Source: an uncultured Faecalibacterium sp.
GTDB lineage: Bacteria > Bacillota > Clostridia > Oscillospirales > Acutalibacteraceae
Length of the DNA stretch: 38,492 nucleotides
Reading direction: 5' to 3'
Assembly: GCA_964458915.1 (NCBI GenBank)
Contig: CAYWKY010000001.1
Coordinates: 1 to 38,492 of the forward strand
The position numbers were made by a program, and so were the translations under genes. Shown here in pieces: positions 15,001-22,196 of this stretch. Positions within the stretch are counted from its first letter, which is position 1; each line of letters starts with the position of its first letter. The notes under the pieces are model-generated. The model saw nothing but the letters and a program-made list of their open reading frames with translations, was not told the origin of the DNA and made no database searches.

Positions 15001-18000
15001 AGAACGGCGACAAGGCTCTCACATGGTCCGACATCGCACTTTCCAAGAACTACTATGTATACGAATGCACTATCCCTGCTGCTGATAACGGCGGTAAGGA
15101 GAAGAAATTCGAGGTTACTTACCTGACTCAGGGTGTTACAAGCCACGAAATCGACGGCAAAGCTTATCCCATTGTTCCAGTTTATGAGAAAGATGGCGTA
15201 ACTCAAAAGACAAAGGCTGTCCTCGACTATAATTGGGGCATTGCAGAAGCTGAAAACAAGCAAGAGAAATTCATTAATACACTTCTTGAAATCCTTGCTC
15301 CGTTCAGCCCGATCCTCGACTGGTTGTTCAGAGGTGAATCCATCACTCTCATCTATGAAGGCTTCTCACTCGATGGCGGTAACGCATACGACAACGTACT
15401 TGTACCTCTCGCTAAGGCTCTTGGCGAAGACATCAGAACAAACAAACAAATTGGCACAGATAAGAACGTAATTTACTGCGTTGGCGAGCTTCTCAACGGT
15501 ATTCTTAGTATCGTAGACAGACTTGCAGATGCACCTGTTCAGACAATTATCGACGTTGTTGTTGGTCTTAGCTACTTCATCGCTTCCGACGGTATAGCTG
15601 AGACAGTTAAGGGACTTCTCGCTCCCATCTTCGGTCTTTTGACAACTGTTGAGTCCATCGCTGACATGAATGATATTGATGATCTTCTTGAAAATCTTCT
15701 CCATATCAAACTGCCCGGCGGTAAGATGCTCACAGTAACTAACATTATTAATATTGCAGGCGAGCATGGTGAAGGCCTTGTTGCAATGCTTAACGAGCTT
15801 CTCGGTACAGTTACCATTGAAGACGAACTCGGCAACGTAGCAACATTCAACCTTCTTCCTGAGGACTTCTTCCTCCAGATTGCTAACTACGGTATTGTTA
15901 ATGCAACTCAAACACCTCTCACTGAGGGTCAAATGGGCTATGACTATCAGCCCAGACAAATTAGCGTAACCGATTGGGACATCGATACAGCAGACGCTCT
16001 TATGTATATCCTTTCAACAGTTTGCTCCGACAGCTTCTTAAAGGTACTTTGCAACCTTCTTAAGGCTGACGCAAACAGCTCTGTTGGTCAAATCGTAGTT
16101 GGTCTTGCCGGTAAGCAGGATAACATCGTTGATATTATCATCACATTGCTTACTGATTACAAAGTAACCTACTCCGATTATAACCGTGGCGATATAAATA
16201 AGACTCCTGTTACTCACATCAAACCGATGGATGAGGAATCACTCCAAGCTGCTCTTTCAGCTCTCGATAGTATTATCCCGGCTGTTGTTGGTATCTTCGG
16301 TCTTGACGCTGATTCACTTCAGAGCTTGTTAGGTGAGCTTCTCCAGGGTCTCGATATAGGTAACATGCTCATGGATATGCTTGTTCCCTTACTCGCAAGT
16401 ATGGACCTTGATGAGATAATCGGTTATGTAAATGACCTTACTAACTTGAACCTTGATATAAGCACATATGCATTCTGCCATGACACCTTCGATTCTAAGC
16501 TTGACAGCTTCATAGCTTCCGCTGTTGACACTGACAAGAACGGCAAGATCTCATGGAAAGAGCTCGAAGCTAAATATACCCAGTATGTATACGAATATAC
16601 TGTTGATGGTAAGAAAGAGACTTACTACAGCTATGACGATAACCTTGAAACCGCAACAATCGGTGAAGGTACAGCTGCTAAGACAGTTAATCTTACAAAG
16701 GTTATGGAAGACGTAACTGTTAACGAAACCACAACAAAGGTACACAAGAAGGAAATGCACTCAACATTTGATTGGGAGTTTGACTACACTACAAACTTCG
16801 ACGGACTTGTTGATTTCGTTTGCGACCTTCTCTATCCTCTTGATAGCGTTCTCGGTCTTCTTCTTACCGGTGAACAGGTAATCATTCTTGAAGATAAGAA
16901 TGCTGAAGAGCGTGAAGATATTCGCATCAACGGCGGCAGAGGCTACAACTTCGCAATTATCCCGCTTCTCGAAGCATTCGGCATCGAAGCTATTAGCGAA
17001 GAAGATTACATTGAGCTGGCTAAGACAGAAGGTCATCTCCATTATATCCTTGATGCAATCGTATCCAAGGTTACAAACGACCTTCTTAAGCATCCTGTTC
17101 AGACTCTACTCGGTATGCTGGCTAACCTGTTCTACTTCATTGGTACAAACGGCATTAACTATGTTGCTGAGAACCTTCTCGCATTCGCAAATATCTTGCT
17201 CGAAAAGGTAGCTCCTGTTTATAAGATCGGTATCTCAATCGACCTTAGTGAGCTTAACAAGACAAACGGCGCAGTTCTTAAGACAACATTTGATTCTAAG
17301 TATGCTGATTCACTTCCGGCAGGCATTAATATCAATTGTCGCGCTTCTGATCTCACAGCTCTCATCGCTGACCTTATCAGCGGTATTCAGATCGACCTTG
17401 ATGGCGATGGAATTAAGGATGACCTTGGTCTTGAGCTTAATCTCGACTGGAATGCTCTTGCAGCTAAGATGGCTAAGGTTGACGAAAACGGCGATATTAT
17501 TAAGCATCAGACCGCACAGGTTACAACCGAAGGCACTCGTGCTACTTGGTACAACATTGAGGGTGATGTTGAAGATACCTTCACAACTCTCATTGACACA
17601 ATCTTGACAGAAGATAACGCTTACGCAATCTCGAAGCTTCTTGAAAATCTTCTCAAGAATGTTGAGTTGCCTGACGGCTCTGACGGCGGTATCGACGTAG
17701 TTAGTATCATTAACGATATTATCTATGATCCTAACGGCATTAAGGAGCTTCTCGCAGCAGTAGTTCTTCTTCTCAGCGGTACTTACTCAACTGAAGCTCT
17801 CCCGACTGTATACAATGTCTTTAAGGCACTGTCATACTTCGTTGGTGAGACAGCCGGAGACAAAGATAAGCTTAACAAGGCTATTAGCAGACTTGACACT
17901 ATCATAGTTCGTGAAGTTCCTGAACTTCTTCCCATGTTCATCGACTCCACATCAGCAACGGGTATTCTCAAGACACTTCTTGATGCTGCTAATGCATCTG

Positions 18001-21000
18001 ATAGCCTTTACGGCATGGTTGAATACATTCTCGGTGAGCTTGTATTCACAACAAAGAACTTTGAAACAATTATAAACGCAGTCATTAAGGCAATTGCAAA
18101 CTTCTTAACAGAAGACCTTGTTGGAATCCTTAAAGACCTTCTGGGCATCGACCTTGCACCTCAGGCCTTCGCTAAGGCAACAGGCAACACAGCTCTTATC
18201 AGCTATGTTGGTACAAGCAAGACATGGAAAGACGCTTGGCTTGCTCATAGCACAGAAACTACTGACGGCAAGGATCGTGTAGCAACAGCCTACAACTGGG
18301 GTGTAAATAATCAGGATACATTTGTTGATGCTATTCTTCAGTTTATTACTCCGTTGAATCCTGTTCTTGACTTCCTGCTTTGCGGTAAGGAATTAACTCT
18401 GCTTGACGAAATCAAGTTACCCGGCGGTTACGCTTATAACGGCGCTCTTGTTCCGCTGTTTAAGGCATTCGGTGTAGATCTTGCTTCGGCAACATCTTCC
18501 TCAGACGCTCTTGACAAGCTTGTAACCGGTCTTATCGGTACAAACGGTCTCGTTGGCAAGCTCACAACAGCTCCTCTTGAGACAATTCTTGAACTCGTTG
18601 CAGGTATCAGCTACCTGTTAGCAAACGACAACCTTGAGCCGATTATTAAGAATCTCCTCACTCCTGTCTTTGCAATTCTTGAATTACTTGAGCCTGTTAT
18701 CAGCAGAAAACAGCTTGACGATATTCTCACAGGTCTCATCGGTATGAGCCTTACAGAAATCATCGAAATTGGTAACAACGGCGGTGCAAACCTTGTTGCT
18801 CTTCTCAACAAGCTTATCGGCGGACTTAAGGTTAAGGACGATCAGGGCAATGTTGTTGACACAACTGACGTTCTTGCTCCCGACTTCTTCATTGAGCTTT
18901 CACGCTATGCTATCGTTGATGAAGTATACGAAGGTGACGTTAAGTACGACAAGCCTTCCGACGTTATCAGCAAAACTCCTGCAACTTCATGGAATGTTGA
19001 TGCAGCAGAAACACTTATGTACATCCTCGACAAGGTTCTTGACGATACATTCCTCAAGACACTTGCCGGCATAATCAAACCTGACGCAAGCGCAGACGAC
19101 ACTCTTACTTCGATTCTCGTTTCACTTGCAAACAAGGAAATTGAACTTGTAGATGTACTTCTTAAGCTCCTTGACAAATACACAATCACTTATACAAGAA
19201 TTCCGCAGTCCAATCTTGACAACAGTGTCAAGGCAGATTACAGCGCATTCGGTGAAAATGCAACTGATGTTAAGAATTCACTTCCCGGCGCTATGACAGC
19301 CCTCGATGCACTTCTTACAACAGTTCTCGGTCTTCTTGGTACCGATAGCGACCTTGGTGCTCTCGTTGACGGTCTTCTTAAGAACGCAGACCTTGGCAAT
19401 CTCATTATGAATGCTCTTGTTCCCGTTCTTGCAAAAACTGACCTTGATTCAATCATCAAGTATGTCAACGATCTTACTAACCTTAACCTCAATATTAACC
19501 CGCAGGCATTCGCTAACGATAAGTTTGGCTCTAAGCTTAAAAACTTTATCGGCGACGCTACGACATGGGCTGAGTTAGAGGCTAAGTACGCTATGTATGT
19601 TTACACTTACACCGATGGTGGCAAGGCTGTAAACTACTTATCGAATGATGCTAACCTTAATGGCACGACGATTACAATCGGTGAAGGCGATAAGGCTAAG
19701 GTAGTTACTCTCACAGCTGCTATGGTAGATGTAACAGCTGAAGATGGCACAACTTCATCAGTACAGAAGAAACAGATGAACGCTCAGTTTAACTGGAACC
19801 TCAACACTCTTGAAGATGTTGTGAACTTCGCTTGCGACCTTCTCCTTCCTCTCGATGTAGTATTTGAAGTACTTCTCAGCGGTAAGCAGATTATCGCTCT
19901 TGAAGACGGTGACTCTATAAGACGTGCAGATATTCGCATTAACGGTGGTTACGGCTATAACTACGCTCTCGTTCCTCTTCTTGAGGCTCTTGGCGCAACA
20001 CCTGTTGACCAGGCAACCTACGACAGAGAAATCGACAGCAAGTATCATGGCTCATCACTTAAGTATATCCTTGACACAATCGTTGGCAGAGTAGACGAAA
20101 TTCTCGCTGCTCCCATTAGCCAGGTATTCGGTCTCATCGCTAACTTGTTCTACTTCGTTGGTTCAGAAGGTATCAATACTTTCGTACTCAACCTTGTAGC
20201 TCCTGTAACAGAGCTTCTCGACGCAGTTTGCAAGGTATATCCGATCAGCATCCAGGTTGGTATTGTTGACGGCGCATTCAAGTTCGACACAGACTTTACA
20301 GGTACTAAGGGTCTTGAACCCGGCTTCAAGTTTGATCTTAAGGCTGATGACCTCAACGCACTTCTTGGCTCACTTCTCAGTGGCATCAAGGTAAATGACA
20401 AGCCTCTCGGTCTTACTCTTGACCTCGATTGGCTCAGCCTTGCCGCTCAGATGGCTAAGAGAGACGCAGACGGCAACATCATCTATAAAGATTCTGCTAT
20501 GGTTTACGGCTATGCAGACTCAACTATGAAGGGCGACGGCAACGATCCTTATAAGAACATCGAAGGCGATCCCGCTAACACATTGGTAGCTCTTCTCGGT
20601 GCAATTCTCACCGACAAGAACGTAGCTGTTATTAAAGAGCTTGTTCTCGGACTTCTCGGTGACACTAACCTTGACCCGACAATCGAAGGTCTTATCAATG
20701 ATGTTCTCAGCAATAAGAACGCACTCATTAACCTTATCGGTACTCTCGTAATCATTCTCACCGGCGAATATAATGTTACAACTCTTGAAATGGCATTCTT
20801 ATTCTTCGGCGTTAAGGATTACAATCTTGATAGAGCAGACGAAGCTATCGAAGCTCTCGATAGACTCATTGGTAAAGCAGTTCCCGTTATCCTCCCGCTT
20901 ATTGCCGGCGATAACGTAGAGGAAGGCTCACTTATGGATACTCTGCTTCAGGCTTCTAAGAATGTACCCGCAGGTACACCTGTTCTCAAGCACATCGTTG

Positions 21001-22196
21001 ACACACTTCTCAACGATATGGTATTCACAGATTCAATGATGAAGACTATCACCGATATGCTCATTAAGCTCCTCGGTGTAAACCTCAAAGCTGATCTTGT
21101 TGATACTCTCGGTGACCTTCTCGGCATCGACCTTACTCCGACAGCATTCGCTACTGCAAGCGGTAACGCTCAGCTTCAGGCTTATGTAAATGTTGGTACA
21201 GGCACAGGTACAGACGGCGCAATCACTTGGGCTGATGTACTCGCTGCTCACAGCACTAAGGACGAGAACGGCAACATCACTGCTATTGATCCTGTATTTA
21301 CCGGTGTTAACACTAAGGAAAGCTTCCTCGGTGCTGTCTATGACCTTCTTACTCCTCTTGAGAGTGTTCTCGCATTCTTGCTCACAGGCGGTGACCTTGA
21401 AATCGCTAAGGGCATGGGCGTTGACAACGTAAAACTTAAGGGTAACGCAGGTTATGACAACGCTATTAAGTATCTCTTCAAGGCTCTCGGTCTTGAGGAA
21501 ATGGGCGCAACATGGGTTGAGGCAACAGATGCAGTTGATGCACTCAGCAACACTGTTGATTACATCTTCACTCTTGTTGATACTCTTTGCAGCGCTCCCT
21601 TCGATACACTACTCGTTCTTCTTGGTAACTTGAGCTTCTTCATCGCAAATGGCGGTGTTGAGGTACTCATCAACAACCTTGTATCACCTGTTCTTTCACT
21701 TGTTGATGCACTTTCAGGCACAATTTCAAGAGAACAGCTTGACGCACTTCTTGCTTCACTTACAAAGAACGATATGCTCACCATCAGCGGTATCCTCGGT
21801 ATCGCAGGTGACCACGGCGAAGCTCTTGTAGAGCTTATCAACGGCTTACTTCCCGATCTCAAAGTTGAGGGTAAGGACGGTACCGTTCACGTAATCAAGG
21901 CTCTCAAGGAAGACTTCTTCATCGAACTTGCTAAGGCAGCAATTAAGGTTGACGTACCTAAGAACCCGGCTCTTAACGCCGAAGTTACTAAGTGGCACGT
22001 TGAAACAGGCGACACACTTATGTTCATCCTTGACACAGTTCTTACTAAGGACTTCCTTAACATTCTTTGCACTGCACTCGGTATCAACGCAAAGAATGAA
22101 CAGGGCGAGGAAAATCAGATTTATAACATCCTCATGTCACTCGTTGACAAGGAAGAGGAAATTCTTGACCTTCTCATTGACCTGCTTGCTAAGTGA
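3..22196 (+). CDS. Giant modular repeat protein, 5' part. The frame is open to the left window edge and ends at a TGA created by the 385-bp duplication junction.
   Basis: The frame is uninterrupted for more than 22 kb (7379 codons from ATG 57). There is no in-frame stop between nt 3 and 57. Residues encoded at about 57-1140 align with the C-terminal half of later modules, so the real start is upstream of the window. Codon bias is strong and uniform. Twelve copies of the conserved core G-G-x-G-Y-x-x-A-(I/L)-(I/V)-P-L-L-E-A-L-G occur in this part. No known family recognised. Confidence 0.9.
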   Translation, partial: FLLDLFGGISVYTLPVWSMFLESMFADMGLDLTNGFDGILNMLMQATKTDQATYNAEQAKPEADRAAFLMKAVLDNKGNKVYDLYNKDGTVKQYGVDTAALAKQYPDGLPNGEYTALREEPYRDSDGNYYYKLGLLTQTLFSTGAKGCNEGYLEVLTFNKKGVGTVDFSVPVNRIAAMGTVTEKTINGVKSTWTGYHINADPGDVILSLFRWLLNDGVLAKLTPLLNGMLSDGSSSVTIIDTIVPILDGQADTLMAVLISLLNNYTVNGFEYKDTFKDGKMTWRELGTKAGQFVLGEYLTSSLSDEETAGVNDTDEKRLAKVDRAIKNIDDLINDLLPTLLPIVLPMVEGSIPADLKGILEPLKNVEKGDTLANIVADVITTDDLMQYLIKMLFGTHEQKTEKDKDGNDVPVWKKNDAGKYVDENGNEVTEGTVPVLDTGLLGNILSMDIISNLLPALADFDIDLRPSSFYSAAETHFNNGGSAIKGWLDACMQAANVTEINKLEWKDVKYIAGTKWFNLKDSTAEIKVDAFFDVIETLLTPLDPLLSYILSGQSITLFDELTLQGGKGYQTSVVMLIEALGYGSVNIDATYKTSMSEQQYYTYVYGTAEPTAPAGHRTWKTVNSPLAPLFTTLRAFLVGDGETLGVLESPLTVLLSKLPNIAYLMYMYDTDELDPTGANHYKQTNNLAQAIKNLIAPVLSLLDIIDPILARALELDIGGLLDQYLNIENIVNELLTGLINADKTDGDKTEVVVSHFVDFGALAIYGATPYKNAPSNVVVNGTAYGTFTYFQGSPAKAFITLMRSIVSDDLINMFADLFMRVYTAVEEGETVTPEMAADRDRVRTIVKAIASRAKNTLTVNGEYNGTSVDIITGILVDVLTDYVPGQGVDMFYKKMADSLDKSDALLKDTMDKYGIVHQGYNWNDVSKDDKDNVLFTKDDVNNTLEGIDSVLEKAIPDILNILIKNNMLDLSSLGIELEAGDTSTVTLYQLLTKIVEKYAFTDSIMTTIVNLLCGIFGGSVGDFLPIVADAGIDITAVTLYKKAATNSGLRQYMAYNIAGGVDENGKITVDGKKRDITWADIYDAHSYQKYVYDENGNIKEENGKPVMSFDTKVKLDENGKQVTDADGNLVLVPDTTKPKKALITGIYNQVANDKGEFKYTYKDGKETKDYYSKYEHLESFAVKGKDEDGKEVYTKYTLKPVYAEPSETNTAKWTWNFESVANANFYAKVSYFITQLWEILGCLEDILEAIFFGASSNKAVKLFDTLNIEGQDSYEEVMLPLLRGFGLDAILSHLNTTKVKGDNSKTLLQQLNEKRHELYGDVADIPDRLIMDNDGMKEACDYTAENGYDMSAFLETNINYILFFIEILASYPVTTLLTALPTLAYFIAGDGLNEILTNLLTFVTVLTDRLGPIVKVDVNSLGGGLIDYLGTNDWSSFQKAFTKHITVDDKGNVTETEIDVSFTQAIISFVANIKFDLAGLLKKDAPYVRTVTYFINHDVEEQAWAMINAKPDDAKVLEAARTLRANAVTDWLKQIAALAEPFGEQYTDADGNTHNIPEAYQNYVKIDAANGQLTVNKADVFMFVIDFIFENTTIKEVLGALLGYDITDENESDAALLDELITNIFKNPDSLVKLIVALFNGYTVPGATTVVLDKIDEHHYNFYDDDGNTTYKDVLEQIQAGTYAGSEISRAKTSYAIDNLDKLVGTVLNLFKKDLVKEGGLFHGIFDENDDISLKAAVNGLLEDMLFTDDMINDLLGMLVGLLAGEGTADIIGIVTDILNSATGIDISPKAFANNDTLKQIILKADGKTAKTWSEIAKENTKYAFTYVTGKDDQGKDITATWYDVQTASTVTIDGKSYDLDPVWNQKQAQNADKEYEYFYYATENDKKDDNKTSYFDKEQNKTTVTIEGTEYTLTAVMVDDKTSQKTAVKFDKEWNIVVEATDTDESGKIDQAEIDAATAQSRLNFVTILWDVLQPLAPVLEVFLTGAELTIYDEITFRGFKGYSGVILPIIEALGVPVLTKTDGTKYLDNSKYYKTQEAYEAAVNAKGSDKQVLLQSITDALFALVDSLCDRPVSTIATILPYLSRFIESDGLDTIVANLLSPVTALTDMIKDIYDLDLIGLLKGVLQGLAGSSDDQAVETAAEYATQQLTMVQATNTSTGIQLKDNSQTRAADTQSGVDTSKLTFMDIIWKILENVKIKVNDTTTIALSNIISQNLFHVLASCAWFDGDNTGALHIKDVEYDENNINDSKVINVALEGENYAQYYVDRETVLLAVLDTLVFQTGVRDLIAGFLGDYDFSAAGLAGLEADPNKTLDTDYLIPALLYGVFTDGEALERLLIDLLSWYDVEYAPARVSTSIEGITNDLPAANWETSGIDKNELEKLPEQLDNLIAAVLPLVIELLPTFGVKLNLETGGATSIEGIVENLIASLFKDTEKADGLATTLFELLVNLFGGSKLDGTLSLIYELTGGDESAINLTLDYFKASSEAVATYFADCKTWEDAYKKYNNKVAFTGQKVTYTDADNVEHKDAPVANDGTFLYVTDEYNNPVAEYALDKDNNKIPVYANGNFITDDYGNKWYTTAGTATEGEQPLKDTYVVKTAEGKVVYQYKYAVQLTITNSFGATDYDKTMALLGDIITPFVPVFRLLLVESGDLVLLDGITISAGDGYDRFIIPVAEMLGITVENDKNAVAAFDNAEFGDWFVGCIVKLIHKIVSAPVQTIVDLIPSLSYFIVSNGLAQSVEQFLAPLLTLVDMVNDITAKEHTITGREEPLVALNIYELLVDLLDGIVTLPEGTDTAGEVITALLTADGLENLIMGLAKDAEGNTKLGFIDGIFAEIVTKTCATAEVKTMRYFGATQRGGSRYIQGIKTSRAVTVINLISEMVLAEDGLIFDILNLLNVNLDDDKNATIKTVIDGITGDKRYCVLQVLLNYFNHYDVENDLIEYLSFDKQDYDYSNYTTGTTLTARKVRRAIKKLDQAILALIPEILPMLENVDILKDALASLKKPDGTYTGVTLNQVIEAILTDLAFNDDTMNSLVGLVVGLLGGEGISDTLDSIAPVLAKIEIDLTPATIADNAPDTAVASFINAAIAATTSETVTRADVSWSDIAKYYSDNRYYYIDTVVDTKDTDDTSDDVTTYVIKEYFDNDKYENASTQTITVNGNGVEKVLYNLVIETDTDGKIVWDGAEGGTPKFKKDDKGATISAGTKVLGATTYTWGISEADSFEAKKDKFISELWAILKAVEPVLNFLLRGDNITLKSTVKDENGNDKEVDAITIKGGQGYRYALYPLLQALAADQMNNTLVDASAYESGKGNYITISAIFDGIFNIVENLENGPFEYILTLLPSLSYFLSSDGLRIFVENLLSPVFALLDVAEPAVGALLDDLLGGLLSPLVDDYMPSFGEEVENKRPTNDNKTPEDPSDDYKEYTLDEIMQIAGADGSNLVKIINKVVGGLLVKTPEGETAQVIEILPANFFKDYVAHAVEISRDEGAKQYYELQVNGTNKIIYMAQADYNEETMASLYTIKATRYAVSSWNVDIADSLVYLLQSVVSEDLLKVFAKDYGTDKWNDKLSKNDLITVILNNLINGKNNGLTITDILVSLFEGYEISYSPLNGIYIEGVGKHDGYSNTSDLAGKLDNVINEALPVLLPMLIKNPAEGSLADTLLKAMKDYDSSAEGAGTSIEALLDALVNSFLTDDMVRGVLEMLIGVLGNSTIDMVLGLVKIGENKLTADEYLAEIKNHFTREGLTEDQKAAYAAALNALTTIIGGSDSWTDVAKKYTRYEYTYIITPASGDNKAVTGTYYDADSKLNGTKKTIGGKEYTLAAAYEVVDGKSVHKTAIKLDENLTFGIKDATDKLDALIKAFTVILEPLTAVLQLVLQGKTVTLLSSNGQYVGDFDADITGATDNDDRAEEIEAGVIVGDGYIELRGSKGYDEGLLALAEAIFGQIKGTALAAQIPDGATFNAYTNIEDILGAVVNMIMALVDGLAQGPIEFLSNHLAGLLYFVASDNLANLVDNVLALANGLFKVLSPLTGTDDLLSMLGLDLSILKLDKLLDMLNKLIQNPKDYEVTVANGKATYVNDKKETVEIKDTSKIFDKEITDKNNNKKTIKAITVNTGLDFTITKDMLTGLVAAMGEYTTFDSLRTSATSALLDKDGNAVDTNGNPLTGDAILSKKITTVVGCDHSLYGLLNFVLTDEILGQFISVDETDTDNILNDVIKALTADDAAKGIVDLLGTLTTEYLVEYAVIFAEEGENAFKKIPVLYAGDENGHTVTRDTTLNAITNLDNLINPIFEITGLGSLQDLVGGLVFTDDMVNMIVGLIAGLFSGLNSDTMSLIDTIAGILGEEIDISVETYKNNETLADFFGEATTWAEVAEKYTKYVYTYTSVDKDGKEVVNTVYLADANATEYKVSDNETYTLTKVYEQKTDSTGTLVYNVNGTETALNDVKKDTDGTYYIEKDGANVIVTPVYTDKRATKVVYDYAWGMDKLTDTVENNVVTYSKMYKQIDKFVAILTGLLKPVDFILEVLLAGGTDDGDATNCDSIGAFGEINIMGGSGYNYAIIPLLETLGVPNEMIKTQTEYEATFANQGALGYILETLLKYIADGLNQPMSFVINLVTNLVYSMANGDGLTKLIGNLIAPVSELLRAVEGVLPVAIEINLLNIFAEDTTKNPIINFYLGDSVASHGAQVGLKIDLSLATFEQLITAAVGKFANGLDLEFDLKTFVQSAVATNADGSIKYVASMTSTAYDKVNPEGKEWRDRIVVDKADALVAFLDMIVTKEFVDTLLKDVLKVELDENGYIPALANLSEDLAKLVRDAMDDPSTVVDVVIKLLAADYTVNDVKVLFDALTGASYNYETEGVTKNKVELALNKLDAVINNAIKPVFNILGGMNNMPEIVTELAEAVKNDDNASIGSVVDYALETMLFTDDMINTLFSLIVNLLAGIDAKTFKTINDITTEVLKLDITPEGFAKAMDAALEGTEQGAVSAYIMSFKNGDKALTWSDIALSKNYYVYECTIPAADNGGKEKKFEVTYLTQGVTSHEIDGKAYPIVPVYEKDGVTQKTKAVLDYNWGIAEAENKQEKFINTLLEILAPFSPILDWLFRGESITLIYEGFSLDGGNAYDNVLVPLAKALGEDIRTNKQIGTDKNVIYCVGELLNGILSIVDRLADAPVQTIIDVVVGLSYFIASDGIAETVKGLLAPIFGLLTTVESIADMNDIDDLLENLLHIKLPGGKMLTVTNIINIAGEHGEGLVAMLNELLGTVTIEDELGNVATFNLLPEDFFLQIANYGIVNATQTPLTEGQMGYDYQPRQISVTDWDIDTADALMYILSTVCSDSFLKVLCNLLKADANSSVGQIVVGLAGKQDNIVDIIITLLTDYKVTYSDYNRGDINKTPVTHIKPMDEESLQAALSALDSIIPAVVGIFGLDADSLQSLLGELLQGLDIGNMLMDMLVPLLASMDLDEIIGYVNDLTNLNLDISTYAFCHDTFDSKLDSFIASAVDTDKNGKISWKELEAKYTQYVYEYTVDGKKETYYSYDDNLETATIGEGTAAKTVNLTKVMEDVTVNETTTKVHKKEMHSTFDWEFDYTTNFDGLVDFVCDLLYPLDSVLGLLLTGEQVIILEDKNAEEREDIRINGGRGYNFAIIPLLEAFGIEAISEEDYIELAKTEGHLHYILDAIVSKVTNDLLKHPVQTLLGMLANLFYFIGTNGINYVAENLLAFANILLEKVAPVYKIGISIDLSELNKTNGAVLKTTFDSKYADSLPAGININCRASDLTALIADLISGIQIDLDGDGIKDDLGLELNLDWNALAAKMAKVDENGDIIKHQTAQVTTEGTRATWYNIEGDVEDTFTTLIDTILTEDNAYAISKLLENLLKNVELPDGSDGGIDVVSIINDIIYDPNGIKELLAAVVLLLSGTYSTEALPTVYNVFKALSYFVGETAGDKDKLNKAISRLDTIIVREVPELLPMFIDSTSATGILKTLLDAANASDSLYGMVEYILGELVFTTKNFETIINAVIKAIANFLTEDLVGILKDLLGIDLAPQAFAKATGNTALISYVGTSKTWKDAWLAHSTETTDGKDRVATAYNWGVNNQDTFVDAILQFITPLNPVLDFLLCGKELTLLDEIKLPGGYAYNGALVPLFKAFGVDLASATSSSDALDKLVTGLIGTNGLVGKLTTAPLETILELVAGISYLLANDNLEPIIKNLLTPVFAILELLEPVISRKQLDDILTGLIGMSLTEIIEIGNNGGANLVALLNKLIGGLKVKDDQGNVVDTTDVLAPDFFIELSRYAIVDEVYEGDVKYDKPSDVISKTPATSWNVDAAETLMYILDKVLDDTFLKTLAGIIKPDASADDTLTSILVSLANKEIELVDVLLKLLDKYTITYTRIPQSNLDNSVKADYSAFGENATDVKNSLPGAMTALDALLTTVLGLLGTDSDLGALVDGLLKNADLGNLIMNALVPVLAKTDLDSIIKYVNDLTNLNLNINPQAFANDKFGSKLKNFIGDATTWAELEAKYAMYVYTYTDGGKAVNYLSNDANLNGTTITIGEGDKAKVVTLTAAMVDVTAEDGTTSSVQKKQMNAQFNWNLNTLEDVVNFACDLLLPLDVVFEVLLSGKQIIALEDGDSIRRADIRINGGYGYNYALVPLLEALGATPVDQATYDREIDSKYHGSSLKYILDTIVGRVDEILAAPISQVFGLIANLFYFVGSEGINTFVLNLVAPVTELLDAVCKVYPISIQVGIVDGAFKFDTDFTGTKGLEPGFKFDLKADDLNALLGSLLSGIKVNDKPLGLTLDLDWLSLAAQMAKRDADGNIIYKDSAMVYGYADSTMKGDGNDPYKNIEGDPANTLVALLGAILTDKNVAVIKELVLGLLGDTNLDPTIEGLINDVLSNKNALINLIGTLVIILTGEYNVTTLEMAFLFFGVKDYNLDRADEAIEALDRLIGKAVPVILPLIAGDNVEEGSLMDTLLQASKNVPAGTPVLKHIVDTLLNDMVFTDSMMKTITDMLIKLLGVNLKADLVDTLGDLLGIDLTPTAFATASGNAQLQAYVNVGTGTGTDGAITWADVLAAHSTKDENGNITAIDPVFTGVNTKESFLGAVYDLLTPLESVLAFLLTGGDLEIAKGMGVDNVKLKGNAGYDNAIKYLFKALGLEEMGATWVEATDAVDALSNTVDYIFTLVDTLCSAPFDTLLVLLGNLSFFIANGGVEVLINNLVSPVLSLVDALSGTISREQLDALLASLTKNDMLTISGILGIAGDHGEALVELINGLLPDLKVEGKDGTVHVIKALKEDFFIELAKAAIKVDVPKNPALNAEVTKWHVETGDTLMFILDTVLTKDFLNILCTALGINAKNEQGEENQIYNILMSLVDKEEEILDLLIDLLAK

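Noticed and set aside
327-22087. Dozens of 60-197-aa ORFs on both strands inside the giant gene (for example 15366..15959 -, 5367..5861 -, 6352..6891 +, 8882..9334 -)
   Set aside because: All are fully embedded in the 22-kb frame. Their translations are low-complexity (S/L/R/T/C-rich), as expected from out-of-frame or antisense reading of a strongly codon-biased gene. I saw no RBS or start context for them. They are shadow ORFs.
21928-22194. The ATG at 21928 as the start of the 1282-aa tracked ORF
   Set aside because: Its first 89 residues (MLRQQLRLTYLRTRLL...) are the +1 frame of duplication copy 1 and resemble nothing else in the protein. Real coding sequence in this frame begins only at the duplication junction (22195).
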